Shown here: one piece after another, positions 28,951 to 39,920 of the stretch | Position numbering within the stretch: position 1 is the stretch's first letter | Layout of the letters: every line of letters starts with the position of its first letter | Origin: Trueperaceae bacterium | Lineage (GTDB): Bacteria; Deinococcota; Deinococci; Deinococcales; Trueperaceae | Assembly: GCA_034521815.1 (NCBI GenBank) | Contig: JAXHLW010000013.1 | Location: forward strand, 1,152,001 to 1,216,000 | Length of the DNA: 64,000 nucleotides | Direction: 5' to 3' | The notes under the pieces: generated by a model | What the model was told of the DNA's origin: nothing | Databases searched by the model: none | Seen by the model: the letters and a program-made list of their open reading frames with translations, nothing else | Made by a program: the position numbers and the translations under genes

Positions 28951-29100
28951 CGCCGCGAAGGGTAGCACGGGGGCGTCGCGGCGACGGCGGTGCGACCGGC
29001 ATCGGACGTCTATACTGTCCGGACGAGTCGGAGGCTCCCGCCCGCGTCGCGCCGTGGGCGCATGTGGTCCAGCTTCCGGCACCGAGGACGCACGGCCGTG

Positions 29101-29125
29101 TACACTTGATACGTGCTGACTCAGA
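29101..29125 (+). promoter_or_regulatory. lon promoter -10 (TACACT) overlapped by a HAIR-like inverted repeat
   Basis: CTTGATA-N7-ACTCAGA at 29105-29125 versus the HspR consensus CTTGAGT-N7-ACTCAAG. Confidence 0.45.
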
Positions 29126-29200
29126 TTTGTCGCAACGACACACTCACAGCGGTTCGGCCACACCTCACCGGTCCGCCTTGCCCGAACGAAGGAGCCCACC

Positions 29201-31666
29201 ATGCCTGACGCCCCGATCGAACAACGCTTCGACGCGCCGGTCCCGGTGTGCCCGGTCCGCGGCTCGGTTCTCTACCCCAGCATGGTCATGCCGATCGACG
29301 CCGGCCGCGCGATCAGCATCCGAGCGATCAACACCGCGCTGGATCGTGACCGCACCATCGTCATCGTGAGCCAGAAGGATCGCGAGACCGAGGAGCCCAC
29401 GCCGGCCGACCTGTTCGAGGTCGGGACCGTCTGCACGATCATGCGGATGAAGAAGAATCCCGACGGCAGCATCCAGATGCTGGTCCGGGCCATCGGACGG
29501 GTGCGCATCGACGCGTACCACGCCTCGGAGGGCCTGATCGAAGCGGACCTCTCGCCGTTCGAGGTCGACGACGGCGACGATACCGTCGTCGCCGCCAGCT
29601 TCCGCGAGCTCAAGGAGAAGTTCTCCGAGCTGCTCGAAACCGGCAGCCGCGGAATCCAGTCCGAAGTCGCCCAGTTCATCTTGAACCTCGAGGACCCCGG
29701 CCAGTTCGCCGACTACGTCGCCTACCACCTCGACTTCCGCCTCGACGACAAGCAGACGGTCCTCGAAGCGACCAGCATCGCCGAGCGGCTCCGCAAGGTG
29801 CTGGTCCTGATCGACACCGAGATCGAGCTCCAGGAGACGCAGCGGCGCCTCCAGCGCGAGGTCAAGGAGGAGATCGACCGGAACCAGCGCGAGTACTTCC
29901 TGCGCGAGCAGATCAAGGCGCTGCAGAAGGAGCTGTCCGGCAGCGACGAGGAAGAGGACGAGGTCGAGGGGTTCCGCGAGAAGCTCGAGGCGGCCGGCCT
30001 GCCGGACGACGTGATGAAGGAAGCGCAGCGCGAGCTGAACCGGCTCTCGCGGATGCATCCCGACAGCGCCGAGGCGTCGGTCATCCGGACCTACCTCACC
30101 ACCCTCGCCGAGCTGCCGTGGAACGTCCGCTCCGAAGACGAGCTGAACGTCGCCCGCGCCGGAGAGGTGCTGGAAGAGGACCACTACGGGCTCGAGAAGG
30201 TCAAGGACCGCGTGCTCGAGTACCTCGCCGTCCGCAACCTCAAGGCCCGCAAGGCGCAGGACGGGAAGCTGGACGAAAGCGAGGTCAACAAGGGCCCGAT
30301 CCTGCTCTTCGTCGGCCCTCCCGGCGTCGGCAAGACCTCGATCGCCCAGTCCGTCGCCAAGGCGCTGGGGCGTGAGTACGTCCGCATCAGCCTCGGAGGC
30401 GCTCGCGACGAGTCCGACATCCGCGGTCACCGCCGGACCTACATCGGCTCCATGCCCGGCCGCATCATCCAAGGAATCCGCACCGCAGGCACCAAGAACC
30501 CGGTGTTCCTGCTCGACGAGGTCGACAAGCTGGGCGCTTCCTACCAGGGCGACCCGTCCTCGGCGCTGCTCGAGGTTCTCGACCCCGCCCAGAATCAGAA
30601 CTTCGTCGACCACTACCTCGGCGTGCCGTTCGATCTCTCCGAGGTGCTGTTCGTCGCGACCGCGAACTACGCGCAGCAGATTCCCGAGGCGCTCATGGAC
30701 CGCATGGAGACGATCGAGTTCTCCAGCTACATCGAGCAGGAGAAGCTCGAGATCGGCAAGCGCTACCTGCTGCCGCGGCAGCTGCGCGAGAACGGCCTGG
30801 AGCCCAAGCAGCTCACGATCAGCGACAGCGCCGTCTCCAAGGTCATCTCGAGCTACACCCGCGAGGCCGGCGTCCGCACGCTCGAGCGCACGCTGGGCAC
30901 GCTGGCGCGCAAGGCCGCGCGGCGCATCGCCGAAGGCGACGCCAAGCGCGTCCGCATCACCGAGAGGAGCCTCGAGGGCTACCTCGGCGCGGAACGCTAC
31001 ACGCCCGAGTCGGAAGCCGAAGAGGACCTCGTGGGCGTGGCGACCGGCATGTACTTCACGCCCGTCGGCGGCGACATCCTCTTCGTCGAGACCAGCATCA
31101 CCCCCGGCAAGGGCGGTCTGGTCCTCACCGGTCAGCTCGGCGACGTGATGAAGGAGTCCGCCCGCGCCGCGTTGACGTACGCGAAGAGCAACGCCGCGCG
31201 CTTCGGGCTGGAGCCCAACGAGCTCGACGAGCACGAGATCCACATCCACGTTCCGGCCGGCGCCACCCCCAAGGAGGGACCGTCCGCAGGCGTCGCCCTC
31301 GCGACCAGCCTGATCAGCGCGGTCACCGGCGTGCCGGTGCGCAAGGACGTCTCGATGACCGGCGAGATCACGCTCCGCGGCCGGGTCCTCCCGATCGGCG
31401 GGCTGAAGGAGAAGATCCTGGGCGCCAAGCGAGCCGGAATCCAGCACGTGATCTATCCCGAGAAGAACGAGGCGGACGTCAAGGACATCGGCAGCCACCT
31501 GACGCGCGGAATCCGCATGCACCCCGCCGCGTCGCTGGACGACGTGCTCGAGCACGCGCTGGTCGGGGGCATCGCGGCCCTCGAGAGCCAGGGCGGAGGC
31601 CCGAGCCGAAAGAACGAGCGTCGGCCCCGAACGCCGAAGGCCGAGGTGCCGACGGCCCACGCCTGA
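29201..31666 (+). CDS. lon: ATP-dependent protease La
   Basis: LON N-domain, [23 protein letters not shown] and GGLKEK motifs. Confidence 0.96.
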   Translation: MPDAPIEQRFDAPVPVCPVRGSVLYPSMVMPIDAGRAISIRAINTALDRDRTIVIVSQKDRETEEPTPADLFEVGTVCTIMRMKKNPDGSIQMLVRAIGRVRIDAYHASEGLIEADLSPFEVDDGDDTVVAASFRELKEKFSELLETGSRGIQSEVAQFILNLEDPGQFADYVAYHLDFRLDDKQTVLEATSIAERLRKVLVLIDTEIELQETQRRLQREVKEEIDRNQREYFLREQIKALQKELSGSDEEEDEVEGFREKLEAAGLPDDVMKEAQRELNRLSRMHPDSAEASVIRTYLTTLAELPWNVRSEDELNVARAGEVLEEDHYGLEKVKDRVLEYLAVRNLKARKAQDGKLDESEVNKGPILLFVGPPGVGKTSIAQSVAKALGREYVRISLGGARDESDIRGHRRTYIGSMPGRIIQGIRTAGTKNPVFLLDEVDKLGASYQGDPSSALLEVLDPAQNQNFVDHYLGVPFDLSEVLFVATANYAQQIPEALMDRMETIEFSSYIEQEKLEIGKRYLLPRQLRENGLEPKQLTISDSAVSKVISSYTREAGVRTLERTLGTLARKAARRIAEGDAKRVRITERSLEGYLGAERYTPESEAEEDLVGVATGMYFTPVGGDILFVETSITPGKGGLVLTGQLGDVMKESARAALTYAKSNAARFGLEPNELDEHEIHIHVPAGATPKEGPSAGVALATSLISAVTGVPVRKDVSMTGEITLRGRVLPIGGLKEKILGAKRAGIQHVIYPEKNEADVKDIGSHLTRGIRMHPAASLDDVLEHALVGGIAALESQGGGPSRKNERRPRTPKAEVPTAHA

Positions 31667-31700
31667 GAGCTGGCGTCCACCGACAGCTCGACGCACCTGC

Positions 31701-31728
31701 AGGGCGGTCCATCTGGACCGCCCTTTTG
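31701..31728 (+). terminator. Intrinsic terminator after lon
   Basis: AGGGCGGTCCA-TC-TGGACCGCCCT followed by TTT. Confidence 0.75.
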
Positions 31729-31766
31729 CGTACGGAGGTCCTGAATCGCTGCGGTATCGTTGGAGC

Positions 31767-32525
31767 ATGCGTAGACCTTTGATCGCAGGAAACTGGAAGA
31801 TGCACAAGACGCCTACCGAAGCGCTCGAGTGGATCGGTGCGTTCCTCGCCGGGCTCGAGACGACGCCACACGCTGGCGTGGACGTCCTCCTGGGCGTGCC
31901 CGCCACCCACCTCCCCGCACTGGCCGCACGCGCCCGAGGCAGCGACGTCGCGCTGGCCGGGCAGGACCTCTCGGCGCACGACGAGGGCGCGTACACCGGC
32001 GAGATCTCGGGCGCGATGCTGGCCGACGCCGGGGCGAGCCACGTCATCGTGGGCCACTCCGAGCGCCGCGCCTACCACTTCGAGACCGACGACCTGGTCC
32101 GCGACAAGATCGCCGCCGCACGCCGCAACGGCCTCGTCCCGATCCTCTGCATCGGCGAACACGAGGAGGACCGGGACGCAGGCGACGCCGAAGCGGTCGT
32201 ATTGGCGCAGCTGCGTGCGGCCCTCGACGGCATCGAGCTGAGCGGGCCCGACGAGCTGGTCGTCGCGTACGAGCCGGTGTGGGCGATCGGCACCGGACGC
32301 ACCGCCACCGCGGACGACGCCCAAGCGATGTCGGCCGCGATCCGGGACGCCGTCCGAAACGACCGTCCCGAGCTCGCGGACGGTCTTCGCATCCTCTACG
32401 GCGGCAGCATGAAGCCCGGCAACGCCGCCGAGCTGCTGGGCCGTGACGACGTCGACGGCGGCCTGATCGGCGGCGCCAGCCTGGACGCCGACGCCCTGCT
32501 GGCGATCACCTCGGCAGCGACGTGA
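31767..32525 (+). CDS. tpiA: Triosephosphate isomerase
   Basis: IAGNWKM, GHSERR, AYEPVWAIGTG and LYGGS motifs. Confidence 0.97.
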   Translation: MRRPLIAGNWKMHKTPTEALEWIGAFLAGLETTPHAGVDVLLGVPATHLPALAARARGSDVALAGQDLSAHDEGAYTGEISGAMLADAGASHVIVGHSERRAYHFETDDLVRDKIAAARRNGLVPILCIGEHEEDRDAGDAEAVVLAQLRAALDGIELSGPDELVVAYEPVWAIGTGRTATADDAQAMSAAIRDAVRNDRPELADGLRILYGGSMKPGNAAELLGRDDVDGGLIGGASLDADALLAITSAAT

Positions 32526-33583
32526 CCGAACGGCTGCAGCGCGTCCGCGCGGCGATGGAGGAACGTTCGCTCTCCGCGATGCTGGTCACCACGCCGGCCA
32601 GCGTCCGTTGGCTCTCGGGCTTCACCTCCCCCGAGGACGCTCGTGTGCTCGTCACCCGGCACGACGCCTGGCTGCTGACCGACGGTCGCTACGTCGCTCA
32701 GGCCGACGACGAATCCCGCCTCGAGACGATCATCGAACGCGACTGGATGGGCGAGGTCGCCGCCCGCGTCCGCAGCGGCCCGTTGGGCGTCGAGGCCGAG
32801 CACCTGACCCTCGCCGCAGCGTCGACGCTGGCAGGCAAGCTGGGGCACGAGCCCGTCCGCACCGAGGGGCTCGTGTCGCGCCTCCGTCGCGTCAAGGACG
32901 CCACCGAGATCGACGCGATCCGTCGTGCGGCCACCCTGACCGACCGCGCGTACGAGCACGCGCTCGGCGCGCTGCGACCCGGCGTGCGCGAGGTCGAGAT
33001 CGCGCTCGAGATCGAGCGGTTCGTCCGCACGAACGGCGGCGACGGAATGGCGTTCGACGTCATCGTCGCCTCGGGACCCCGCAGCGCCATGCCGCACGGG
33101 ACGGCGTCCCCGAAACCGATCGAGGAGGGCGAGCTCGTCACGATCGACATGGGCGCTCGCGTCGACGGCTACTGCGCCGACATGACGCGCACCGTCGGCG
33201 TCGGCGAGGTCGCAAGCGCCCACCGCGAGCTGTTCGAGGCCGTTCTCGAAGCCGAGTGCGCCGCGTTGGCCGAGGTACGGCCCGGCGCCCACGGCAAGGA
33301 TCTCGACGCTGTCGCACGCGACGTTCTCACGGCTCACGGCCTCGGCGAGGCCTTCGCCCACTCGCTCGGCCACGGCGTGGGGCTCGACGTGCACGAAGGC
33401 CCTGCACTCTCCTCGAAATCGCAAGACGAGCTGGCCGCCGGCATGGTCGTCACCATCGAGCCCGGCGCGTACCACCCCGGCGATGCCGGCGTGCGGATCG
33501 AGGATCTCGCCGTCGTGACCGACGACGGCCACGAGGTCCTGTCGGCCTCCCCGAAGCAATGGCGCACCATCGAACCCGACTGA
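32522..33583 (+). CDS. Xaa-Pro aminopeptidase (M24 family)
   Basis: [23 protein letters not shown] and GVRIED motifs. Confidence 0.92.
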   Translation: MTERLQRVRAAMEERSLSAMLVTTPASVRWLSGFTSPEDARVLVTRHDAWLLTDGRYVAQADDESRLETIIERDWMGEVAARVRSGPLGVEAEHLTLAAASTLAGKLGHEPVRTEGLVSRLRRVKDATEIDAIRRAATLTDRAYEHALGALRPGVREVEIALEIERFVRTNGGDGMAFDVIVASGPRSAMPHGTASPKPIEEGELVTIDMGARVDGYCADMTRTVGVGEVASAHRELFEAVLEAECAALAEVRPGAHGKDLDAVARDVLTAHGLGEAFAHSLGHGVGLDVHEGPALSSKSQDELAAGMVVTIEPGAYHPGDAGVRIEDLAVVTDDGHEVLSASPKQWRTIEPD

Positions 33584-33647
33584 ACGGCACGACGGCCACG
33601 TTGTCGGCCTCCGCGCCCCCGCCCTCGGCTACCCGGAAGAGGTGTCC

Positions 33648-34638
33648 ATGAACGCACGAACCGTTTCGATCCTCGCCGCATCGCTCTTGCTCGTCCTGCT
33701 TCTCGCCGCTTGCGGCGATCCAGGTCGCGCCACCGCCCTCGAGGCGCAGCGCGACGAGCTCCAGGCGCGCGTGACCAGCCTCGAGTCGACGGTCCAGGAG
33801 CTCGAGACGTCCCTGTCCGACGCGCGAGCGACGGCCGACGAGGTCACGTCCGAGCGCGACGCGCTGCAAGACCAGGTGGATCGCTTGGAAACGGTCGCCT
33901 CCTCGCTCCGCGAAGGCCAGGAGAGCGATCTCGAGGCGCAGCTCGCGCTGATCGAGGGCCTGCTGTCGCGGGCGCAGCAGGACGTGACCGCGCTGACCGG
34001 TCGCCAAGGCGTCCTGCGCGACCGCCTCGGCCTGCCGGAGGCGACCGATGACGCTGGCGAGGCCGACACCGTGGATGCGGATCCGAGCGAGCCGACCGAG
34101 CGGGACTCCGAGCCCGACTCCGAGCCCGCCGAACCCGAATCCGAAACGGAATCCGACTCCGCCGCCGACTCGGCGCCCGCAAACGAGGACGTCCCCTCCG
34201 GCGGTGACGAGCAAGCCCCAGGTGACGAGCAAGCTCCGGGTGACGCGCCAGCGCAAGGCGACGACGTCGAGCCTGCCGAGGACGCTGCCGCGGAGGACGG
34301 CGCCGCGGAGGACGGCGCCGCAGAGGACGGTGCCGCAGAGGACGGTGCCACAGAGCCGGCGGAAGACGATGGCGACCTGCCCGCAGAGGATGGCGAGGCA
34401 GAGGATTCGACCGACGAGCCGACGACCGCGCCCACGACCGAGCCCACGACCGAACCCTCGACCGAACGCTCGACCGAAACGGCGGACGAGCCCACGGATG
34501 ACCACGGACGAGCCCACGGACGAACCCACGGACGAACCGACGGACGAGCCCGCCGACGAGTCGATCCAGGAGAACGAGCAGGACCAGGAACCCGCTCCCG
34601 GCGACGAGGAGTCCGAGACGGTGCCGATGGGCGCCTGA
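33648..34638 (+). CDS. Lipoprotein with coiled coil and acidic repeats; frameshifted near 34501
   Basis: Lipobox LAA-C, heptad region, then EDGAA and EPTD repeats. A 2-nt loss in one EPTD unit shifts the frame; the acidic tail continues to the stop at 34638. Confidence 0.7.
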
Positions 34639-34669
34639 CCGCTCGGCGGGGGACGGGTACGATGGCGTC

Positions 34670-35473
34670 ATGTCCCACGGCCCGCCTCACGCCACGCCTT
34701 CCGCACGGCTTCCCTGGATCGTGAAGTACGGCGGCAACGCCATGACCGACGACGCGACGCGGAAAGCCACCGCCGCGGCGCTAGGGCGGGCGCAGCGCGA
34801 TGGCGCCCGCATCATCGTGGTGCACGGTGGTGGCCCTGCCATCGCCGAGGCCTTGGCCGCGACAGGCATCGACAGTCGGTTCGTCCGCGGCCGCCGCGTG
34901 ACCGAGCTGGCCGCCATGCCCGTGGTCGAGGCCGCCCTCACCCTGCTGGGCAAACGCCTTGCCCAAGAGATCGGAAACGCCCTCGGCCTCACCGGCCGAG
35001 ACGCCGAGCTGCTCCGCGCCGAGGTGTCCGACCCCTCGCTCGGGCGGGTCGGACGCATGACCGGCGTGCGCACCGACGTGCTTCTCGATCTGCTCGCGGC
35101 CGGCATGACGCCGGTGCTGGCCTGCCTGGCCGTCGACGACGAAGGCGAGCCGCTCAACGTGAACGCCGACGAGGTGGCGGGGGCCGTCGCCGGCGCGATG
35201 GCGGCGCCCGTGGCCTACCTCACCGACGTCCCAGGGGTTCTCGACGATCCGGCCGACCCATCGACGGTGTTGCCGACCCTGGACGCCGACGAGGCGCGAG
35301 CTCGCATCGCCGACGGCCGCATCGGCGGCGGCATGATTCCGAAGGTCGAATCCGCTCTCGACGCCCTGGCGCAGGGAGCGCCATCGGCGTCCATTCTCGA
35401 CGGCCGACGTCCCGACCTCGTGCAAGACGCGATCGAAGGCCGTTCGGGCACGCGCCTCGTCCCGAGCGTCTGA
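34670..35473 (+). CDS. argB: Acetylglutamate kinase
   Basis: VKYGGNAM, VVHGGGP, NVNAD and GGMIPKV motifs. Confidence 0.93.
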   Translation: MSHGPPHATPSARLPWIVKYGGNAMTDDATRKATAAALGRAQRDGARIIVVHGGGPAIAEALAATGIDSRFVRGRRVTELAAMPVVEAALTLLGKRLAQEIGNALGLTGRDAELLRAEVSDPSLGRVGRMTGVRTDVLLDLLAAGMTPVLACLAVDDEGEPLNVNADEVAGAVAGAMAAPVAYLTDVPGVLDDPADPSTVLPTLDADEARARIADGRIGGGMIPKVESALDALAQGAPSASILDGRRPDLVQDAIEGRSGTRLVPSV

Positions 35474-35624
35474 GCGTCTCCCGAGCGTCCGGGCCTCTCC
35501 CGAGCCGGGCCCGGGGCACCGACGAGCCGCGCTGCACGCGATCTCCGTGTCGGTGACCGGTGTCACGGCGCATGGGAAGAAACTCCACAACGCATCCCTG
35601 TGACGTCTGATACACTGCTCGCCG

Positions 35625-36806
35625 ATGTGTCCTCGCCGATTCCTTCTCGTCGTAGCCACGATCCTCGCATCGGGGGCGGTCGCTGAGAGCGTGACGGTCC
35701 GCCCAGGCGACACGTTATGGGCGATCGCTCAACGCAACGGAACGACCGTGGACGCGCTCATGGCCGCGAACGGCCTCTCCCGCCCGGACCTTCGTCCGGG
35801 CGAAACGTTGGCGCTTCCCGGCGACGACGCGCCGGCACCGGAGATCTGGACCGTCTCCGCGGGCGACACGCTCTACGACATCGCCACGGCGACCGGCACC
35901 AGCGTCGACGAGCTCGTGGCGTGGAACGCTCTGAACGGTGCCACCATCCGTCCTGGGCAGGAGCTGCGCCTCGGCCCCTCCAACGCCGCAGCCGAGCTCC
36001 GACCGCTCACGGTCGAGGTGCGCCCCGGCGACAGCCTGTGGCGAATCGCCCGAAGCCACGACACGACGCCGGCCGCCATCGCGACGGCGAACGGCATCGA
36101 CGCAAGCGCGGTCCTTCAGCCCGGGGACCGGCTGGTCGTGCCGGGGGTGTACGCCCAGGCCGACTCGCCCAGCGACCAGGGCGGGTTCGCCGCTCCCACC
36201 ATCACCGTGGACCCAGGCGACACGCTCTGGGAGATCGCGCGGCGCTACGACACGACCGTGGCCGCGTTGATGGAGGCGAACGCGTTGAGCGATCCGGCGC
36301 TCCAGGCCGGCCAAGAGCTCGAGATCATCGGCGCCGATGGCATCGCCACGTCGGCATCGCCGACCGCGACGATCCCCCGGCCCGACCCGAGTCCGTCGCA
36401 GGCGGCCCCGACGACCATGATCTGGCCGCTTCGGGGACCGGTCACGTCGACGTTCGGCTGGCGCGCGCTCCGCATCGGTGGATCGAACATGCATTACGGC
36501 GTCGACATCGACGGGGTGACGGGCGACCCGATCGTCGCCGCGTCCGGCGGCACCGTGACGTACGCGGCGTGGATGGGCGGCTTCGGAAAGCTCGTGATCA
36601 TCGAGCAGGGCGACACCGAGTACTACTACGCGCACGCGTCGGAGATCCTCGTGCGCGAGGGGCAACAGGTCGAGACCGGTCAGCTGATCGCGCGGGTCGG
36701 GACGACCGGCCGCGTCACCGGATCGCACCTCCACTTCGAAATCCGTGTCGACGGCACACCGGTGGATCCGACGCCCATGCTCGCGACGCGGGCCGGCGTT
36801 CGCTGA
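35625..36806 (+). CDS. Secreted M23 peptidase with four LysM domains
   Basis: Four GD(T/S)L(W/Y)xIA repeats; HYGVD and HLHFE motifs. Confidence 0.92.
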   Translation: MCPRRFLLVVATILASGAVAESVTVRPGDTLWAIAQRNGTTVDALMAANGLSRPDLRPGETLALPGDDAPAPEIWTVSAGDTLYDIATATGTSVDELVAWNALNGATIRPGQELRLGPSNAAAELRPLTVEVRPGDSLWRIARSHDTTPAAIATANGIDASAVLQPGDRLVVPGVYAQADSPSDQGGFAAPTITVDPGDTLWEIARRYDTTVAALMEANALSDPALQAGQELEIIGADGIATSASPTATIPRPDPSPSQAAPTTMIWPLRGPVTSTFGWRALRIGGSNMHYGVDIDGVTGDPIVAASGGTVTYAAWMGGFGKLVIIEQGDTEYYYAHASEILVREGQQVETGQLIARVGTTGRVTGSHLHFEIRVDGTPVDPTPMLATRAGVR

Positions 36807-36818
36807 CCGGGCGACTTC

Positions 36819-37595
36819 GTGCGCATCGTCGTCATCGGAGATCTCCATACCCAAGAGGCCAAGCTCTGGCGGATGATGGACGAGGCGGGCTTACGAGCGC
36901 CCGACGGCGGCCCGGCCGACGACCTGCTCGAAGGACGGCTCAAGCTGGTCCTTCTCGGCGACCTGGTCCACGCGAAGTCACGCGAGCAGTACGCGTTTCT
37001 CGCCGGGGTGGAAACGTACGACGAGTTCGATCCGAGCCACCTCCGCCGCGCCGAGCGTAGTCAGGAGACGTTCCTACGGCGCGTCGCGGCCTTCCTCGCG
37101 CCCGTCCCCGACGGCATCGCGACGATCCTGCTGGGCAACCACGACTACAACGCCGTTTCGCGCACGCAAGGTCCGCTTCGAAGCGACGACGTGAGTCACC
37201 TCGAGTGGAAGCCCGGGTACGGCAGCGAGCTGCCGGAGGACCTGGCCGCCTGGATCGCCTCCTGGCCCCGTGAGATCGTGGTGGACGGCGTGCACTTCGC
37301 TCACGTCGGACCGAAGCCGGAGCACAACGTGTACGACACGTCGTTCTACCTCGAGAACCGTCGACGCTGGATCTACGACGACGTCGACGTGCTCGAGGGA
37401 ACGCCCTACCGCCTAGGCGTCTACGGACATACGCCGGTGCGTGGTGGATTGAATCTAGCCTCGCAAGGCCGCGCTCTGCTCCTCGACGGCAACGGCCACC
37501 AGGACGAGTACGTCTGGTGCGAGCTCGATACCGGCGCGGAAGGGATCCGCGTGCAGCTGCGCGGCCTGGTGTTCGACGAGACGCTGCCCAGCTGA
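36819..37595 (+). CDS. Calcineurin-like metallophosphoesterase
   Basis: GDLH, LGDLVH, GNHD and GHTP motifs. Confidence 0.88.
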   Translation: MRIVVIGDLHTQEAKLWRMMDEAGLRAPDGGPADDLLEGRLKLVLLGDLVHAKSREQYAFLAGVETYDEFDPSHLRRAERSQETFLRRVAAFLAPVPDGIATILLGNHDYNAVSRTQGPLRSDDVSHLEWKPGYGSELPEDLAAWIASWPREIVVDGVHFAHVGPKPEHNVYDTSFYLENRRRWIYDDVDVLEGTPYRLGVYGHTPVRGGLNLASQGRALLLDGNGHQDEYVWCELDTGAEGIRVQLRGLVFDETLPS

Positions 37596-37604
37596 CAGTC
37601 GACC

Positions 37605-39512
37605 TCAACGCAGCTCGACCGTCGCACCTTGCGGCACGAACGCCGCCCAGGTCACCAGCGCCTCGAGCGAGACGACGTTCCCGTCACCATCGGTGAACCG
37701 AAGCCCCCCGTCGACGCTCCAGCTCCCCTCCATCACGGCGCCCCGCCAGAGCAGCAGCGCCTCTCCGCCGCTCACCGGAATGTACAGACGACCAGCCGCG
37801 TCGTTCGGGATCGCGCGTGACGCGACGCGGGCGATCAGCACCGCTTCGACCTGCACCGCCGTGTCCGACGCCGACACGGCGTCTTCTCCGTTCCGGATCC
37901 AGCGGTAGCGGTCCTGGGCGTCCACGTACCTGAACCCGGAGTCGTACGCGCCGCTCCAGTCGATCGCGACGCCGCCCGCCCGCGGCACCTCCTCGGCCGG
38001 CGGCACCGGGCGGAATCCGGTCAGCAGCCGCTGCGCGTCGATGTTCATCGTCCGGATGGCGGCCCGAAGGGCCGAGCCTGCGCTGTACAGATCGTACGGG
38101 GCCGAGCGATCGGCCGCACGCTCGAACAGGTCGCCACGCCGGTACGAGTTCAGCGACGGCGCCATGCCCTGCTCGAGCGCGATGAGCGCGCTGGGCGACC
38201 CGCCGTCGTGCACGACGACGGCGTCGGCCCTGGCCGCGACTTCGACGAAGTAGTCGCGCGCGCTCCGGACCGGACCCACGCGAGCCGGCTCGCCCGCGTC
38301 GAAGAACGCCATCAGGCGGGTCGACCCGCCCTCGACCGGCATCTCGGCGATCCAGCTGGCTTGGGGGAGGCCGGCCTGCGGATAGCCGAGCGCGTTGTCG
38401 ATGATGACGGCGAGCGGCCGTGGACGCGTCTCGCGCAGCGGAGGCGGGGGCGCCGAGAACGAGCCTCCGCCGCCCTCCCGACCGTCCGGCGACGCGGCGC
38501 GACCCAGGGCGCCTGCAGCAGCGTCGTCCGGACCCCCAGGCTGACCGGACGTCGCCGCGTCGCCGCCTGCGGGGGCGTTCTCGTCCGGGACGTTCGCCGC
38601 CGCACCGGGACCGGGGTCGGGCGGTACCACCCGCACGGCCGCCTGGACCGCCGGCGACGGCAGGCGACGCAAGGCGCGGACACCCGCGTCGGGCGCGACA
38701 CCGAGCGCGCGGGCGTCCCCGGCGTCCGCACGGACGGTCGGCGCGACCAGGCTGCGGCCGTCCACCGCGCCCACGACGGCTTCCCTCACCGCGACCGAGC
38801 GCGCCTGAGGAGCGGTGGCGCTGGGCTCGGGGACGGTCAATCCACGTGACGCCAACGCCTGGACGCTGGCCGTGGGCCTGGCGAGGTCACGCGACTCCGC
38901 ACGGACCTCGGGCGCCGAACGGGACAGTGCGACGGCGCCTCCGGCGGGCCGTGCCGATGGCGATGGGATGGGCAGCGTCTCGGGCAACGGCCTGGGAGCG
39001 ATCTCGGGGCTCTCGATCTCCGGCACCGCCACGGTCACGTCGGGCGCCGGCGAGGGCAGGGTCGCTTCCGGAGGGCGCACGTTGGGGGTCGGGACGTCGA
39101 CCGGCGTGGTGGCGACGGGCGGCTCGGGCGTCTCGGGCTCGGCGACGTCCTCCTGCTCCGGTCGCGGCGGAGCGGGAGGCTCGGCCTCCGTCGTCGGCTC
39201 GGAGACGGGCTCGCCCCCGGTCGGCTCGTCGACCTGCGGCGTCCCCGGCACGGGCCTGCCCGCGACGTCGGCGGCGACCTCCGGCGCCGGGGCGTCGGCG
39301 GCCGGAGCGTCGTCCGCGGCAGCGGGCATCTCCACATCGGCCTCGGCGGGCGTGCCCAGGTCGATCACGAGGAACGACTCCTGCGGCTCCCTGTCGGGCA
39401 GATCCACGTCGACCCACAGCACGAGAACCAGGACCAGGACCGCATGCACCAACAGCGACAGCGCCGCCGCGCGTCGCTGGTCGGGATCGGCCCAGACCCG
39501 GCGGCGGCTCAT
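37605..39512 (-). CDS. TonB/TolA-like TM anchor and Pro-rich spacer fused to a DUF3048 (YerB-like) domain
   Basis: TM helix with S-x3-H (SLLVH), long Pro/Ala/Glu spacer, then PLAVIIDN, PQAGL, EMPVEGGSTR and GPVRSAR motifs. Confidence 0.75.
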   Translation of the reverse strand: MSRRRVWADPDQRRAAALSLLVHAVLVLVLVLWVDVDLPDREPQESFLVIDLGTPAEADVEMPAAADDAPAADAPAPEVAADVAGRPVPGTPQVDEPTGGEPVSEPTTEAEPPAPPRPEQEDVAEPETPEPPVATTPVDVPTPNVRPPEATLPSPAPDVTVAVPEIESPEIAPRPLPETLPIPSPSARPAGGAVALSRSAPEVRAESRDLARPTASVQALASRGLTVPEPSATAPQARSVAVREAVVGAVDGRSLVAPTVRADAGDARALGVAPDAGVRALRRLPSPAVQAAVRVVPPDPGPGAAANVPDENAPAGGDAATSGQPGGPDDAAAGALGRAASPDGREGGGGSFSAPPPPLRETRPRPLAVIIDNALGYPQAGLPQASWIAEMPVEGGSTRLMAFFDAGEPARVGPVRSARDYFVEVAARADAVVVHDGGSPSALIALEQGMAPSLNSYRRGDLFERAADRSAPYDLYSAGSALRAAIRTMNIDAQRLLTGFRPVPPAEEVPRAGGVAIDWSGAYDSGFRYVDAQDRYRWIRNGEDAVSASDTAVQVEAVLIARVASRAIPNDAAGRLYIPVSGGEALLLWRGAVMEGSWSVDGGLRFTDGDGNVVSLEALVTWAAFVPQGATVELR

Positions 39513-39515
39513 GGC

Positions 39516-39920
39516 TCAGCCGCCCGCTGCGATCGCCACGCGCGTCGCGCCGGCACGCTTGATCGCGTCCATGACCCGGACGGTCAGCCCGTGCGTGACG
39601 CTCTGATCGGCACGAAGCACGACCACGGCGGACTCCTGGTCACGCAGCAACGCCTGCAACGCAGGAACCAGCGACGACTCGTCGACCTCGGTCCCCGCGA
39701 GGTAGATCCTCTCGGACGCGTCGATCGTGACGGTCGGCAGACTCGTCGACTGCGCCTCCGCCGACGACGCTTGCGGCAGATCGACGGGAAGGCCCGTCTC
39801 GAGCGTGATGAAGGTGGTCGAGACCATGAAGAAGATGATCAGCAGGAACACCACGTCGACCATCGGCGTGAGGTCCAGGATCGGCGACAGCCGGGCACGG
39901 CGCGACCGACGCCCGCGCAT
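39516..39920 (-). CDS. exbD: ExbD/TolR biopolymer transport protein
   Basis: DLTPMVDVVFLLIIFFMV, VDLP and VVLRAD motifs. Confidence 0.9.
   Translation of the reverse strand: MRGRRSRRARLSPILDLTPMVDVVFLLIIFFMVSTTFITLETGLPVDLPQASSAEAQSTSLPTVTIDASERIYLAGTEVDESSLVPALQALLRDQESAVVVLRADQSVTHGLTVRVMDAIKRAGATRVAIAAGG

Noticed and set aside
26068-32047. Very long antisense ORFs (965 and 960 aa here; similarly 986, 884, 886 and 787 aa elsewhere)
   Set aside because: Shadow frames of argS, lon, the oxidase, ppc, pdxS/trpD and PBP caused by high-GC codon bias.
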